A DNA stretch of 64,000 nt from Eledone cirrhosa. Lineage: Eukaryota. The first letter of the stretch is position 1. Every line of letters starts with the position of its first letter. Under the pieces are notes generated by a model. The model did no database searches. It saw only the letters and a program-made list of their open reading frames with translations, and was not told the origin of the DNA. Position numbers and translations under genes: made by a program. Below are positions 50,961 to 64,000 of this stretch, in pieces. Where the stretch lies: NCBI GenBank assembly GCA_964016885.1, contig OZ024742.1:180296001-180360000 (forward strand), read 5' to 3'.

Positions 50961-51120
50961 TTTGCAATTTACAATGCATAGAGTAATCCCCGATTTGTGG
51001 TCTCCCCACTTTCAGTACCACATATTATACATATATATATATATAAAAATTGTAAATCTGTAATAATATTAAAACTATTTTTTCAAATACTATAAATGAT
51101 ATAAAACTATTTGTTAATTA

Positions 51121-51157
<37 letters not shown>

Positions 51158-51869
51158 GAATTATGACTCTGGCTCCTCAATGCTACTTCAGCTTAGTATA
51201 CTTTTATAATTATCAAGTAATTGTATAATTTAGAGTACTATGTTCAATAGCAGAATTTATGCATCTACAGTACAATCTAATCTAGCTATAAATGACAACA
51301 TCTTTACATACTGTACATTGTGTAAAGACCTACTCAATTATTTTCTAGACAACTTTTTCTACATTAGGCAGAAGGCCAACAATTTGAGGGGATGGGAAAG
51401 TTGATTATAATGTCCCCAGTGTGTGACTGGTTTTTTTTTTATCGACTCAGTAAGGATGAAAGGCAAAGCTAACCTTAGCAGGATATGAACTCAGAGCATA
51501 ACCCTATGCCACAAAGCATATTATCCGACACTCTACTGACACTGCCACATGTAGTTGATAACTGACAAACATTTTTTAACTTACTGTCTATATTTAAATG
51601 AAACCAGAGTCCATTATTGTAAATTCTATCCAATGGTTGATTTAGATATGTTGGATATCTTACATAATAATAATTGTTTCTACTTTTGGCACAAGGCCAG
51701 CAATTACCCTAGTGCATTACTGGTGCTTTATTTTATCGACCACGTAAAGATGAAAGGCAAAGTTAACCTCGGCGGGATTTGAACTTAGAATGTAAAGGGC
51801 CATAACTCTACGCTGCAAGGCATGGTGTCTGATGCTCTACCAATACTGCCAACATAATAACAATAATAA

Positions 51870-52560
51870 TGAAAATTATTGTGTACAGTGCTTAGGTGCA
51901 CTACATCTCATCAAAGGTGCATGTATAGTACATAGAATAATTGTTTCTACTTTTGGCACAAGGCCAGCAATTATCCCAGTGCATTATTTTATTGACCCCG
52001 TAAGGATGAAAGGCAAAGTTAGCATAGAATAATGTATAAATGTCCGAAATGTAAACAGTGTATGAGTCATGATATACACATAGACACATACGTGTGTATC
52101 AGGTGTAGTATTGGCGAATTTCAGAAAGCATGGAAGTTTTGAAGGATACAGTGTCCTGACCGCTAACAACTGATGCAGGGAATTTGTTCCATACTTAAGC
52201 AACTCTGAACATGAAAAAATGTTTCTGATGGGAACTGTGTCGTTTTCTGGTTTTGTAAGCATGTCCACAGGTATTAGACACATGGAATTCAAAAAGGTGC
52301 TCGAACTTGTTGTTGGAAAGATTGTTGATAATTTTGTGAGTACCTACTAAATCAGTTGCCTGATGTCAGAACTTTAATGTATCCTTGCCTGGGGAAGCAA
52401 GACGTTCAGAGTATGGTAGATGCCTGATGGAGGGTATTTGTTTGGTTGCACATCTCTGAATAGTTTCCAGGAGATCAATATTCTGAGCAAGATATGGGTT
52501 TCAGACTTGTGATGCAAATTCTAAGTGTGGACACGGCATAACTATATACAGTGTTAAATA
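51870..52560 (-). mobile_element. CR1 3' fragment (same family as 5130-7680) with a truncated SINE-A inserted
   Basis: Reverse complement matches ~7080-7670. The SINE piece at ~51940-52021 is flanked by TSD catagaataat. Confidence 0.9.
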
Positions 52561-52799
52561 GATGATCTATAGTTTATTTATTCTTATTTATGAAACAAAA
52601 TTTCAGTGAGTTATAACTATAATCATTTAGTATGTCTGAGACTAGAAAAGACACAATATTTCTTTCTTCATTAATTTTCAATGCATTTCTATAGTACACT
52701 CTTTTGAAAGTCTTTCCTATAGAAGAATCAACAATGCATTTACATTGAACAGGCATTGCAATATTACATTAAAAAATAAAAATGTATAAATTTGTATAA

Positions 52800-54840
52800 G
52801 AAATAAGCACTTTACTTAAACATGAATTCCAAGCACCACGTTTTGTAGCAAATTCCTTTATTATCTAGTATAAATCTTTTTCGTCATTCTAAATCACTGT
52901 CTATTTATTTCTCATTGGAAATACAAGTCAGTGAAGACAGCCATTTTTGCAGCATTGTACTTCTTAAGAATGATCAATTTCTGCCCAAGGTTGAAAAGTT
53001 CTATTGACAGGAAAAGTTCTATTAATATACCAGATAGCATTGCTTATCTTACACTTTTAAAAGTTATTGTGATTTTACATATACCTGAGCTCATTTAACA
53101 TCTATAGGTTGCATAGGGAATATCTGTGCAAATACTACAAACGTTTTCACGTCAAATTTTTCACATTAAAATATAAAAATTCTTCAGTATGAGCAAATTA
53201 CTCCTTCAATGATAAAAAAAATCATTATCATCATTGTTTTATGCCTGCAGTTACATGCTTTCAAAATATCTCACTCTATAGTTCATTAGTTCTCCTTTCA
53301 TTCATGTTCTGGTGGGTCAGAGGAATCAAAATCATTTAGTCATTCTATGTTTACCATTGTTTCTTTGACAATGTTACCATGATGTTTACCTTTACAATTA
53401 TTTTCAAGGTATTGAATGAAATCATTAATTTTATCCTTGGCTTAAAGTGCAAAACATCAAATAATTTCTCAGCTTGTGAGAATATGGTATGAAAAACATG
53501 AAAATTAACACATTTTGTTAATTTACGAAGCATTGGGGAAGTTTGAAAATGCGTTAGTTACAATGCAGACAATTCTAAGAACTAGATATTAACTATGAAT
53601 AATAGTTGAATAAACTGGGTAAAATACCCCTGGAGATGGAAACATGTGAACAGAGACATCTGCAGGAATTGAATCACACATCTCTCATATGCTAATCAAT
53701 TTTCAAAATAGATTATCAGTTTCACCATGTAACTTCATGCCACCTTTCAACAAACCCCTTTATAGCTGACATATTTCTAGATGATGTACTTGAAGATGTA
53801 CATTTACTAAAGCTGCACGAATGCAAGCAAATTATTTTAACTCTATTTACTTTCTTATCACTTCTACTCAAAACTAAGTTTGTGTGCATTACAATTGCCA
53901 TACTTAAACTCTTTCTCCTTCAATTTTATTTGTAACCCATTTTGTTCATCTGCCACTACAATTGTTTCATCGTATGTTTGGCTAATCAATTTAGTTTTAG
54001 CATCACTAAAACAGTTAAAAACACTTTATATCATATCATCTTGCCTTGATGCACTTCTAACATTACTTACATTTAAAAAATCCTAAACATCTCTCATTTA
54101 CTTAGACTCTAGTTCCATACCTGAAGATAATAGAAAGAGCTAAGTTTGTATTTTACAGTTAGTAGTTTTGCCAGCTTGTACTGATATAAACAGAACACTT
54201 TCAACTTTAGTTCACATTACATCAGCTATTATATTATCATTTGCAGATATAATGTCATTTTGTATTGGACTTAGAACTCTTGGAAAATGTTTTCATCTTT
54301 CTTTGGTAGAAAGTTTTGATGCAAAACAATGCAATAACTCAAAATAATTACTTTTGTTGTGGCTATCTTTTCCTTCACACAATGGCAGTTCTTGTTCACA
54401 AAGATATAATACAGCATTTAATGACTGTTTTGAATATTGTGTATTATATTCAACTAATTTATAATGCTGCTCTTTTTCAAGACTTGCAAATTCACTAAGT
54501 GCAGTTACTACTATGTCACACACACCAAATGTTTTTAATTATTTGTAATTATTTAAATGACTCATAGATTTAGAATGATGTTTGCAGTCACTCAGAATAT
54601 GTTTATAGTTATTATAATAGCCATTGTTCTAAGCTTAACTTGATCTGGGCTGAAAAAGCACACACAGCTTACAGTATAGTTTTTCATTTGATGTGATTGC
54701 ACGTAACCAATCAATCTGTTCATGACATCTGATTAGAAATGAACACGTGTAAAATAACTTGATTTTATATTGTCTCACTTTTCAGCAATATTTCTTCATC
54801 CAAAAGTCTTTTCTTTTAACTCTATCATTATTCCCTTTTC
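52800..54840 (-). pseudogene. hAT-superfamily transposase relic (TTF zinc finger / ZMYM1-like)
   Basis: DWLRAITSNEKLYCKLCVLF (TTF finger), AVLYLCEQELPL...SNYFELL, IQNDII, QTYD...GLQIKL, CNAHKLS and a C-terminal FSTLGR...LRSTM..KWLSSL dimerisation-like region. Heavily decayed. Confidence 0.8.
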
Positions 54841-54844
54841 CATT

Positions 54845-55031
54845 GTGGGTATATATACGTATATATATATACGTATATATATATATATAAATATATATAT
54901 ATAGGAAAAGAGTCAGGACCCGACAGCTGAGCTCCGGCCATTTCAACAGCAAGATCCGAACAGTTCAAATCTAGCTGTCAAAACGGCCGGAGCTCAACTG
55001 TTGGGATCTTGACTCTTTTCCTATTACCCAC
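54845..55031. mobile_element. Hairpin (fold-back) MITE-like element
   Basis: ~60-bp imperfect arms ataggaaaagagtcagga...gatccgaa-cag-ttcaaatc...tcttgactcttttcctat. Outer ends gtgggta ... tacccac. Confidence 0.75.
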
Positions 55032-55233
55032 TCTACTACCTACCCTAAGTATTGAGTACTCTAGTGTGTTATGGTCTTCTTGGTTCCTTACCACATTTTC
55101 TTTGATATATATATACAGTTTTGGGTTCTTTGATTAAAATGTAATTATGAAGCTGAACAGCACATGGAAAAAAGGCCACAAAAGCCACCAAAATCACCAA
55201 CAACAACAATACAATCATTATCGATATTCCAAG

Positions 55234-55423
55234 GACGGTGGATTGGCAGTATCGGTAGAGGGTCGGACGCCATGCTTTCCAGCATAGTTACGTCCCTTTA
55301 CAATCTGAGTTCAAATCCCGCCCAGGTTGACTTTGCCTTTCATCCTTACGGGGTCGATAAAATAAAGTACCAGTAGTGCACTGGGTAATTGCTGGCCTTG
55401 TGCCTAAAGTAGAAACAATTATT
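55234..55423 (+). mobile_element. SINE-A with 11-bp TSD
   Basis: gatattccaag on both sides. A truncated copy with TSD cagtaaaataat lies at ~55953-56046(-), with further copies at 51670-51853(-) and 56832-57020(-). Confidence 0.92.
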
Positions 55424-56414
55424 GATATTCCAAGCAACCTAAATAAGCAACAATCACGAAAAAGCTGAAACCCCTGCAATAGTTTGATCCCTTTTAGTTA
55501 ACAGGGTAACAAATCCCTCAATTTATTAAGCTTGAAATATAGACAATTAAAGATATGACAGATCACTACTAATAATTCTGCCAGAAGTTAGTCATGTTAT
55601 TAGAAGGAAGAATAAAAGCTTGTTTGTTTGTTTGCTTCCTCTCATGACCAGCCAACTAGCTGTGAAACATGTAAAGAAAATTTATTCTCTTTTTCTGTTG
55701 GTGACTTGTGTAGTGAGATTGGTACAGTTCAAGGTTTGAGTTAATCTTTAAAATAATTACAAATTTGGAAGGATCTAATAAAATAGCTGACTTTGTTTCC
55801 ATTAATTGGTATATTAATTCATTGTTTGGAGCATAACTTTTCAAATGAAATTATGATAGGAAGTTGAATTTTGATAGACTGGTTCATCCATATTCATATT
55901 CAGAAGTAGAAGAGAAACATATCTTCTTTAAGCAGTCACCACAGTAAAATAATTGTTTCTACTTTTGGCACAAGACCAGCAATTACCCAGTGCATTACTG
56001 GTACTTTATTTTATCGACCCCGTAAGGATGAAAGGCAAAGTTAACCAGTAAAATAATAATAGCAAACATAGTTTCTTTATGAGTTTTAATGAAAAGAATT
56101 ATTACACTCAATTAGTTTATATAGATTAAGCTGCCCATCTGTAGATATATGGCATTTCTCTCTTTAGAATTTATTAGTGTAGACCTAGACAATGATATAC
56201 ATATGTATGTATGTCTATTCATTGAATATATATATGAATAAAACAGACTAGCAAAATTCAGTATTCTCAATGCACAGTTAATAAAATCATTTGAAAATAG
56301 TTCCTTCATGGTGAAAACCTGACAGCAATGGCTGTAATCCAGAGTTATTCTTAGACTAGCAATATGTTAGGAAAATGTAATATGAATACCAACAAGGCAC
56401 CTATGTTTACCTTA

Positions 56415-56620
56415 CCCTTTAGCATTTAGATTACTATTATATGTACTATTATATTTTCATGGTAAAGGCTTTACCTCACATAAATTCAAATCTATAAGAT
56501 TTTGACATTTATTTTGAGAACAATACCTTAACATCAGTATGAGTTGTCGATTACAGCTGGTTTGAATAGAAAGAGGTAAGAGAGTTCTGTCTGGATACAG
56601 CCAGTTTAAATGCTAAAGGG
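56415..56620 (-). mobile_element. piggyBac-like MITE P1
   Basis: 14-bp perfect TIR ccctttagcattta; right flank ttaa. Confidence 0.75.
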
Positions 56621-57019
56621 TTAAATAGTGTACTAGAAGAAAATTCTGGATATGACCACAAGAATATTAGATGTTGAAATTTTAAGATTTTAATTTAAAA
56701 CTGAACATTTTAAAAACAGTTGGTTTTGTAACATGGTGATTTCAGACAGATTGGTATCAAAAGGTTAATTATTCTTGTTCATCATGGTCCAGTTACCTGG
56801 AAATATGTCTTTTGTATATTGATTGCACACATAATTGTTTCTACTTTAGGTACAAGGCCAGCAATTACCCCAGTGCATTACTGGTGCGTTATTTTATCGA
56901 CCCCATAAGGACGAAAGGCAAAGTTAACCTCGGCGGAATTTGAACTCAGGACGTAAAGGGCCATAACTCTATGCTGCAAAGCATGGTGTCTGACACCCTA
57001 CCAATACTGCCAATCCACC

Positions 57020-58015
57020 AGTGATATAATGTGGTGTAGTGTGGTATAGTGTGGTGTAGTATGGTATAATGTGGTGTTGTGTGGTATAGTGTGGTATTGT
57101 GTGGTATAATGTAGTATAGTGTGGCGTTGTGTGATATAATGTGGTGTTGTGTGGTATAGTGTGGTGTAGTGTGGTATAATGAGGTGTTGTGTGGTATAGT
57201 TTGGTGTTGTGTTGTATAGTATGGTGTTGTGTGGTATAGTGTGGTGTTGTGTGGTATAATGTAGTATAGTGTGGTGTAGTGTGGTAAAGTGTGGTGTAGT
57301 GTGGTGTAGTGTGGTGTTGTGTGGTATAGTATGGTGTTGTGTGGTATTGTATGGTATAGTGTGGTGTTTTATGGTATAGTGTGGTGTTGTGTAGTATAGT
57401 GTGGTGTAGTGTGGTATAGTATGGTGTTGTATGGTATAATTAGGTGTTTGTGTGGTATAATGTGGTGTTGTGTGGTAAAGGGTGGTGTAGTGTGGTATAA
57501 TGAGGTGTTGTGTGGTATAGTTTGGTGTTGTGTTGTATAGTATGGTGTTGTGTGGTATAGTGTGGTGTTGTGTGGTATAATGTAGTATAGTGTGGTGTAG
57601 TGTGGTAAAGTGTGGTGTAGTGTGGTGTAGTGTGGTGTTGTGTGGTATAGTATGGTGTTGTGTGGTATTGTATGGTATAGTGTGGTGTTTTATGGTATAG
57701 TGTGGTGTTGTGTAGTATAGTGTGGTGTAGTGTGGTATAGTATGGTGTTGTATGGTATAATTAGGTGTTGTGTGGTATAATGTGGTGTTGTGTGGTAAAG
57801 TGTGGTGTAGTGTGGTGTAGTGTGGTGTAGTGTGGTATAGTATGGTGTTGTGTGGTATTGTATGGTATAGTGTGGTGTTGTGTAGTATAGTGTGGTGTAG
57901 TGTGGTATAGTATGGTGTTGTATGGTATAATTAGGTGTTGTGTGGTATAATGAGGTGTTGTGTGGTATAATGTGGTGTTGTGTGGTGTTGTGTGGTGTAA
58001 TGTGGTGTAATGTTG
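57020..58015. repeat. Pentamer-based satellite (GTGGT/GTAGT/ATAGT/GTTGT) with higher-order duplication
   Basis: ~1 kb. The diagnostic string gtggtataatgaggtgttgtgtggtatagtttgg occurs at 57171 and 57492 (321-bp period). Confidence 0.93.
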
Positions 58016-60482
58016 GTGGCATGATAATGGTTAATGGTTCATGTTAACTATGGTTCAGTTAACTGTGAATGTCTGTGTGTTGTTTATAGGCTGGCAGGGT
58101 AAGGCTGATAGTGAATTGGTTAACAGATCAGTTAACATCTATCGTGTCACTGACAACATCATAATTAGATTTACAAAATAAAAAAAAGGAAAGAACATTT
58201 TTTAAAAAGCACAAAAATAAACAATCAATTAAATCCCTAAACAGATATACAAATATATGGAAGGCTTGAATTGCATGAAACAGATCTGTACAATATGGAA
58301 GGAAGGACAGGAAATTGAAAAATTAGATTTGAAGAACACTGACATGTTTCATGTTCGTCTAAATGTCCTAATGTTTGGATATTTATTGATTCTTCACCGT
58401 TTTTTGCTGTTATTGATTTTTATTTGTTATTTAGATATCAAATTATTTTTTTCACTTTTTTCTTCTAGTTTCTTTTTATTTCAATCTCCTCAATTTAATG
58501 TTTTGTTGCTTTTTTATATCTTATTTTATACTTCCATTTTCTAATTTTGCATATTCTTTCCCTTGATTTACAATCCCCCTTACTTTCTCTTATTTATTTA
58601 TCTTTCATTTTCTCTCTATCTGTCTTTCTCTTTTTCACTTTATCTATCTTCCTTTGTTTCTTTTTCCATTACTTTTGCATTTTAAAACTCTCTCTCTCTA
58701 TATATATATATATTTATATATATACATATATATAAATACATATGTATATATATATATATATACATTTATATATATATATATATAAAACAATAGATCTATG
58801 TATATGTCTATCTCTATCTCTCCCTCTATCTATCTATAGATCTATCCATCAATCTATTTAAATCTATCTATTTATCAATACATATCAAATACCCACTCTA
58901 TCTTATATTCCTTCTTCCATTAATTCTTTCTTACATCTTTCCATTTCAACTCAACAACTTCCTTCTTTCAATTCTAACATTTTTCTTTTTCCTGAACTTT
59001 CTCTTTTTACAGTTTCTTTTTTCATTTTAAAAACTTTTCCTTCAATCCTTCTCGCTCCACTTCCTTTCTATCTTTCCTTATTTCCTACATTTGTTCCTTC
59101 AATATTCAATTTCTTTCATCTATTTCTTCAAAAAACATTTTTTCTTTTTCCTCATTCATTTACTTTGCTTTTTTACAGTTTCAACTCGTTTTTCTTCAAA
59201 ACCCAACTTTTCCTTTTAACAATCTTTTATTACTTCCTTTCTTTTATCTGTTCTTTTTTGTTTGATAATTTCCTTCTTTTTCTCTTTCTTTCTAATTTGT
59301 TTGATTATTTCTTTTATTCATTTCAGTTTTCTTTCTTTCTGTCTTTCTTTAATTGTTTGCTCTTTTACTTCCTTCTTTCCTTCTTTCTTTATTTGTCCAG
59401 CCCATGCAAATCATGGAAATTGGACTTAGAACAATAACTCTAACTTTAACACTGACAAAACAAAACACTGTTGAATAAAATAAAAACAAGTTCTAAACCT
59501 GTAGAGCCTGTATACTAAATTTGCTCTCGGTGTATGTCTGACTTTTATTGTTCTTATAATCTTGCTTAACACTTTTGGCTTGGAACCATCTCCAGGTTCT
59601 ACAATACAAAACTTTATTTAAATGTATTTATATTTATCTAAATACCTACCATCATAATTTTATGTGAGAACTTTTGTTAATTTATTCTTCAAACACCAAC
59701 CTAGAATAAGAAAATCAGTTATATTAATAAATCCTTCCGAAATCTTCATTAGTTTCAAAATGGTTTGAAAAATCATGGGCAGTGTCATTCATTAAGAATA
59801 TGGGAAGGGTTAAAGTGCTTCTATGTATCAAAACGCTTACCATCGTAATTTTATGTAAGAAGCTTTGTTAAGATATGCTCCAGCTTATTAATGAGAAAGT
59901 TAGTCATATTACCAAATCTATAAATTTTTTATTATTTTTCAAATGATTTGAAAATCATAGGCAGTGTTTTACATTAGAAATATGGAAATGAAAGAGTTAA
60001 ATAGACATCAATGAAAACATTAAACATATACATGTGACCAAATATCCTGTTAATTTGGAAGCAGTGTAAGCATGAAATACGACTCTGAAATCATTTCCAA
60101 AAGATTCCCTATGATAAAAAAGAATGATATTAATTTGAAATTTCATTAAATTGCCATTTTCACATAAATATATTCTGATTTTTTTCTTTGAACTTTTATC
60201 TGAGCATAACATAGAAATATATTCTTCAACTGTTCAATGTATTTTATATGATAATCAGAATATATATATATATGTATGTGTGTGTATGTTTGTGTACATA
60301 CATACATGAAAAACGGAACTAAAATGATGATAATGAAGATGATGATGGTGATCGTGATGATGATGATTATGGTGGTTATATATAAGTATAATTAATTGAT
60401 AAACTCACGGCCCGAAGTCTTTCCAGCAAGATGATTTAATTTGAATTATCTTTCCATAGAACATCTTAAAGTAATTGCTTTT

Positions 60483-60594
<112 letters not shown>

Positions 60595-61193
60595 AATATC
60601 AGGATCCATGCAGTAATATTGATGTCAATGGAGACATAGCATATTAGCTACTGGCCACTCAATAAATATGTTAGCTATCTTCAAAAACTACCAAAACGAC
60701 ATGAGATCTAACAACAACAATCCCACAGTTGAATAAGTCAACACCATAAAAAGAGAGCTCATTCTTATTTTTATTCATTTAATTAACCTGCCTCAGCACC
60801 ATACTGAAAAGAAAACATAATCTTTAAAATAGAGTCTGTCTGATAATAGAGACAATGAAAGCTAATCATTGAAACAGAATTTGTCTGGTTATAGAGGAAA
60901 TAATATCGAGATTAACTGATTAAAAATAAATAATAAAAAACATAATTTCTTAATCATTAATTATTTTACAATAAGAAGATTGGGTAGTAATCCAAGTTAT
61001 ACTCACTCCTCCCTGCAATGTATAGCTAGAGGGAAATGACTTTACAAGATATCATATTTATTGAAGAAAGGTTGAGAAGGAATGGAATTCTGGCACATGC
61101 AGGCCTTACTCATGGAATTTTCTTTAACTGTAACAGAGTCAACAGAAATGATAACATATCACAGTAATTAACTTTTATTATATTTATATCATG

Positions 61194-61382
61194 AGGGCGG
61201 TGAATTGGCAGTATCGGTAGAGGGTCGGACGCCATGCTTTCCACCATAGTTACGTCCCTTTACGATCTGAGTTCAAATCCCGCCGAGGTTGACTTTGCCT
61301 TTCATCCTTACGGGGTCGATAAAATAAAAGTACCAGTAATGCACTGGTTAATTGCTGGCCTTGTGCCTAAAGTAGAAACAAT
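61194..61382 (+). mobile_element. SINE-A, full length, 17-bp TSD
   Basis: attatatttatatcatg on both sides; begins gggcggtgaattggcag. Confidence 0.93.
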
Positions 61383-62529
61383 TATATTTATATCATGTAT
61401 TTTGTGAAAATATGCCTTTATTGGTTAGTTGTTACCGATCAGTCAATTAAGATGGTGAAAGTGATAAGAGATAGTGTGCCTGTATATCTCAATAAAGAAA
61501 TAAAATATTGTAAGAGATTTCATTAGATATAACACTAGTTCATCAGTTTTTCCAACAATGCTCACATCATATACTGATATACAGATACTGAAAGATTGAA
61601 TCATCATCATCATCATCATCACCGTTTTAAATCCATTCTTCCATACTCTCATGGGTTAGACGGGTTATCCTGTTGTTGGCAATGCCAGGTCGGGTGACCT
61701 TGTCTTGCTTATACGGGAACTGATTTTAGCTTGATTTCTACAGCTGGATGCCCTTCATAACACCAACCTCATTTACAGTGAGTACTGGGTGCTTTTTTAC
61801 CATGGCGCCTACTTGACCACTTTACAGTGTGGGTTGGGTGCTTTTTATTCATGACATCTACACCTGAGACTGAAGAGACCATTAATCCTGTGAGTAATTG
61901 ATACATGGAGAGATACAGAGTGGGAATAGAGATATGTAAAATCCTGATTGCGGTGCCAAGTGGCTTGTGTGACATACAAGCCAAAATCCCTTGTGGCCGT
62001 GGTCAGAACATTACATCTCTCTCTCTCTCTGTATAACACATGCAAGTGTTGAAAAATTAAATGACAATTATGATTATATATATATAAATACATAGAAGCA
62101 TGCACACATACACACATATATGCACATTGCAGCTCTCTGCATAATATCTGTCAACCATGTTCCGTTCTCAAATTATTGGTCAACTCAAGGCAATGGTAGA
62201 AGACAATTTATTTATGACAATGCAGCTGAATCAATTAAGTCAATGGAAACCTAATTAAATTGTTACTGACATAGTCACATGCAGTAGAAGAATGTTAATT
62301 TTTATTTATAGTAATAATAATAATTGTTTCTACTTTAGGCACAAGGTCAGCAATTACCCACTGGTACTTTATTTTATCAACCCTGTAAGGATGAAAGGCA
62401 AAGTCAACCTCGGCGGGATTTGAACTCAGATCGTAAAGGGATGTAACTATGCTGGAAAGCATGGCGTCCGACCCTCTACCGATACTGCCAATCCACTGCC
62501 CTTTCTATAGTAATAATAATAATAATAAT

Positions 62530-63500
62530 ACAAATATGTGACTGACAGTAGGGAGCCAATGCTCAGAATACTGAAAGAGAGGACAATAGACCAGGGGATG
62601 TCCAAAGAGGAAATAACAACAAAGAGGAAGAGCAAACTTCATAAAAAATCCCTTCATAGTACTTTCTTTAAGAAAACTGAATATAGAGATCCACAGACAT
62701 TGAACTGGTTAAAAAGAAGAGAGCTTATAAAGGCTACAGAATGAATGCTAATGGCTGCGCAAGAGCAGGCCCTCAGAACGAAGTGGGTGAAACACCATAT
62801 TTACAAGGAGGAGGCTAGCCTACTGTGTAGGATCTGTGGAGAGAGAGAGGAGACTGTGGCTCACATTGTATCCAAGCGTAAACACCTAGCCCAGACTCAC
62901 TATAAAGGCTGGAGACATGATGTGATGGGCAAGGTGATCCACTGGCACCTAAGCAAAGTAAACAATTTGCCATATTCTGAGAAGTGGTATGAGCATAATC
63001 CAGAGTCAGTGATAGAAAACGATCAGGTGAAGGTGCTATGGGATTTTAGGATACAGACGGATAAGAAACTGGAACACAATAGGCCTGACCTGGTTGTTTT
63101 GGACAAGGAAAAAAGATCGTGCCTGATTGTAGATGTAGCCTGCCCATTTGACATGAGAGTGCAAGAAAAGGAGAGGGAGAAAATTAACCGATACCAGGAC
63201 TTAAAGTGGGAGGTAAAAAGGATTTGGAACTGCCATGAAGTCAGAGTCATCCCGATTGTCATAGGCGCACTAGGTACTATCTCAAAGAGTTTCCAAAGAT
63301 GGTTAAAGAAAATTAGTCCAGCCTCGCATTTTGGAACACTTCAAAAGGCATGCTTGCTGGGAACAGCAAGAACCCTCCGATACGTCCTAAATATCTGAGG
63401 CTGCAGGTAGCGGTTAGATATTCATTTCAACAAACTTTCCAGTTAAATAACATCAATGACTGAAACTCAAAGAACAACAATAATAATAATAATAATAATA
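62530..63500 (+). mobile_element. 5'-truncated RLE-type LINE (R4/Dong-like) with (TAA)n tail, flanked by SINE-A copies (62322-62500, 63503-63686; both -)
   Basis: LMAAQEQALRT, CRICG..EETVAHIVS (CCHC knuckle, last Cys lost), RHD, LWDFRIQTD, RPDLVV..IVD (PD-D) and K..RYQDL. Sits between (AAT)n tracts. Confidence 0.92.
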
Positions 63501-63714
63501 ATAATTGTTTCTACTTTAGGCACAAGGCCAGCAATTACCCAGTGCATTACTGGTACTTTATTTTATCGACCCCGTAAGGATGAAAGGCAAAGTCAACCCC
63601 GGCGGGATTTGAACTCAGATCGTAAAGGGACGTAACTATGCTGGAAAGCATGGCGTCCGACCCTCTACCGATACTGCCAATCCACCAATATAATAATAAT
63701 AATAATAATAATGA

Positions 63715-64000
63715 TTTCTTTATTAACCACAAGGGTTTACATAAAGTAGACATTAAGGACAGTGCAGGACAATACAGGACGGTACAAATTGGCATTTCTA
63801 CGTGTAAAAAACAAAAACAGAGGATGTAACAAAAAAATAACAATGAAAAATTCCCCAATAGGTGGGAGACTTCGGAAGGACATTTGTGGAGAAAGCCCAG
63901 TAACAAGGCCACAGTGACCCTGATCACCAAGGCAAGTGCCCTCTCCCAGTTTTCCACCTTTAATTTACAGATACGTACTCAGAGTAGGCCCATTGACTCG
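63715..64000 (-). mobile_element. Probable LINE 3' end (unclassified), runs off the window
   Basis: Minus strand ends tgtattgtcc...cccttgtggttaataaagaaa. The same terminus occurs at ~29985-30030(+). Both abut simple repeats. Confidence 0.4.

Noticed and set aside
62322-63686. Composite or LTR-like element formed by two SINE-A copies flanking the R4/Dong fragment
   Set aside because: Both SINEs and the LINE favour (AAT)n tracts and the right SINE has its own AAT-type TSD, so independent insertion suffices.

Overview
AT-rich, microsatellite-laden animal genomic DNA made almost entirely of transposable-element relics. The SINE/LINE repertoire looks like that of a coleoid cephalopod such as Octopus, which is an inference from recalled repeat families. 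No host gene can be called with confidence, and most ORF-track entries are microsatellite translations. Recognisable elements are: about 30 copies of one tRNA-headed SINE (several with clean TSDs); CORE-like SINEs; a decayed CR1 LINE; several RTE/Bov-B-like LINE pieces (one with a PHD-like finger inside the RT, one ending in three C2H2 fingers); R4/Dong-like and CRE-like RLE-LINE pieces; a decayed Rep/Pif1 Helitron plus two non-autonomous relatives with definable termini; a hAT transposase relic; TTAA-flanked piggyBac-like MITEs; and hairpin elements. The most interesting structure is at 31.4-35.4 kb. There a zinc-finger RTE 3' end is followed by four head-to-tail, internally deleted RTE derivatives (RTE 5'UTR with a candidate HDV-like ribozyme fold, a single C2H2 mini-ORF and an RTE tail) stacked in a (GTAT)n microsatellite. 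Also notable are a Helitron-associated 27-bp array of GCGCATGCGC (NRF1-type) palindromes and a templated inverted mosaic at a LINE 5' junction. Coordinates of degenerate elements are approximate.
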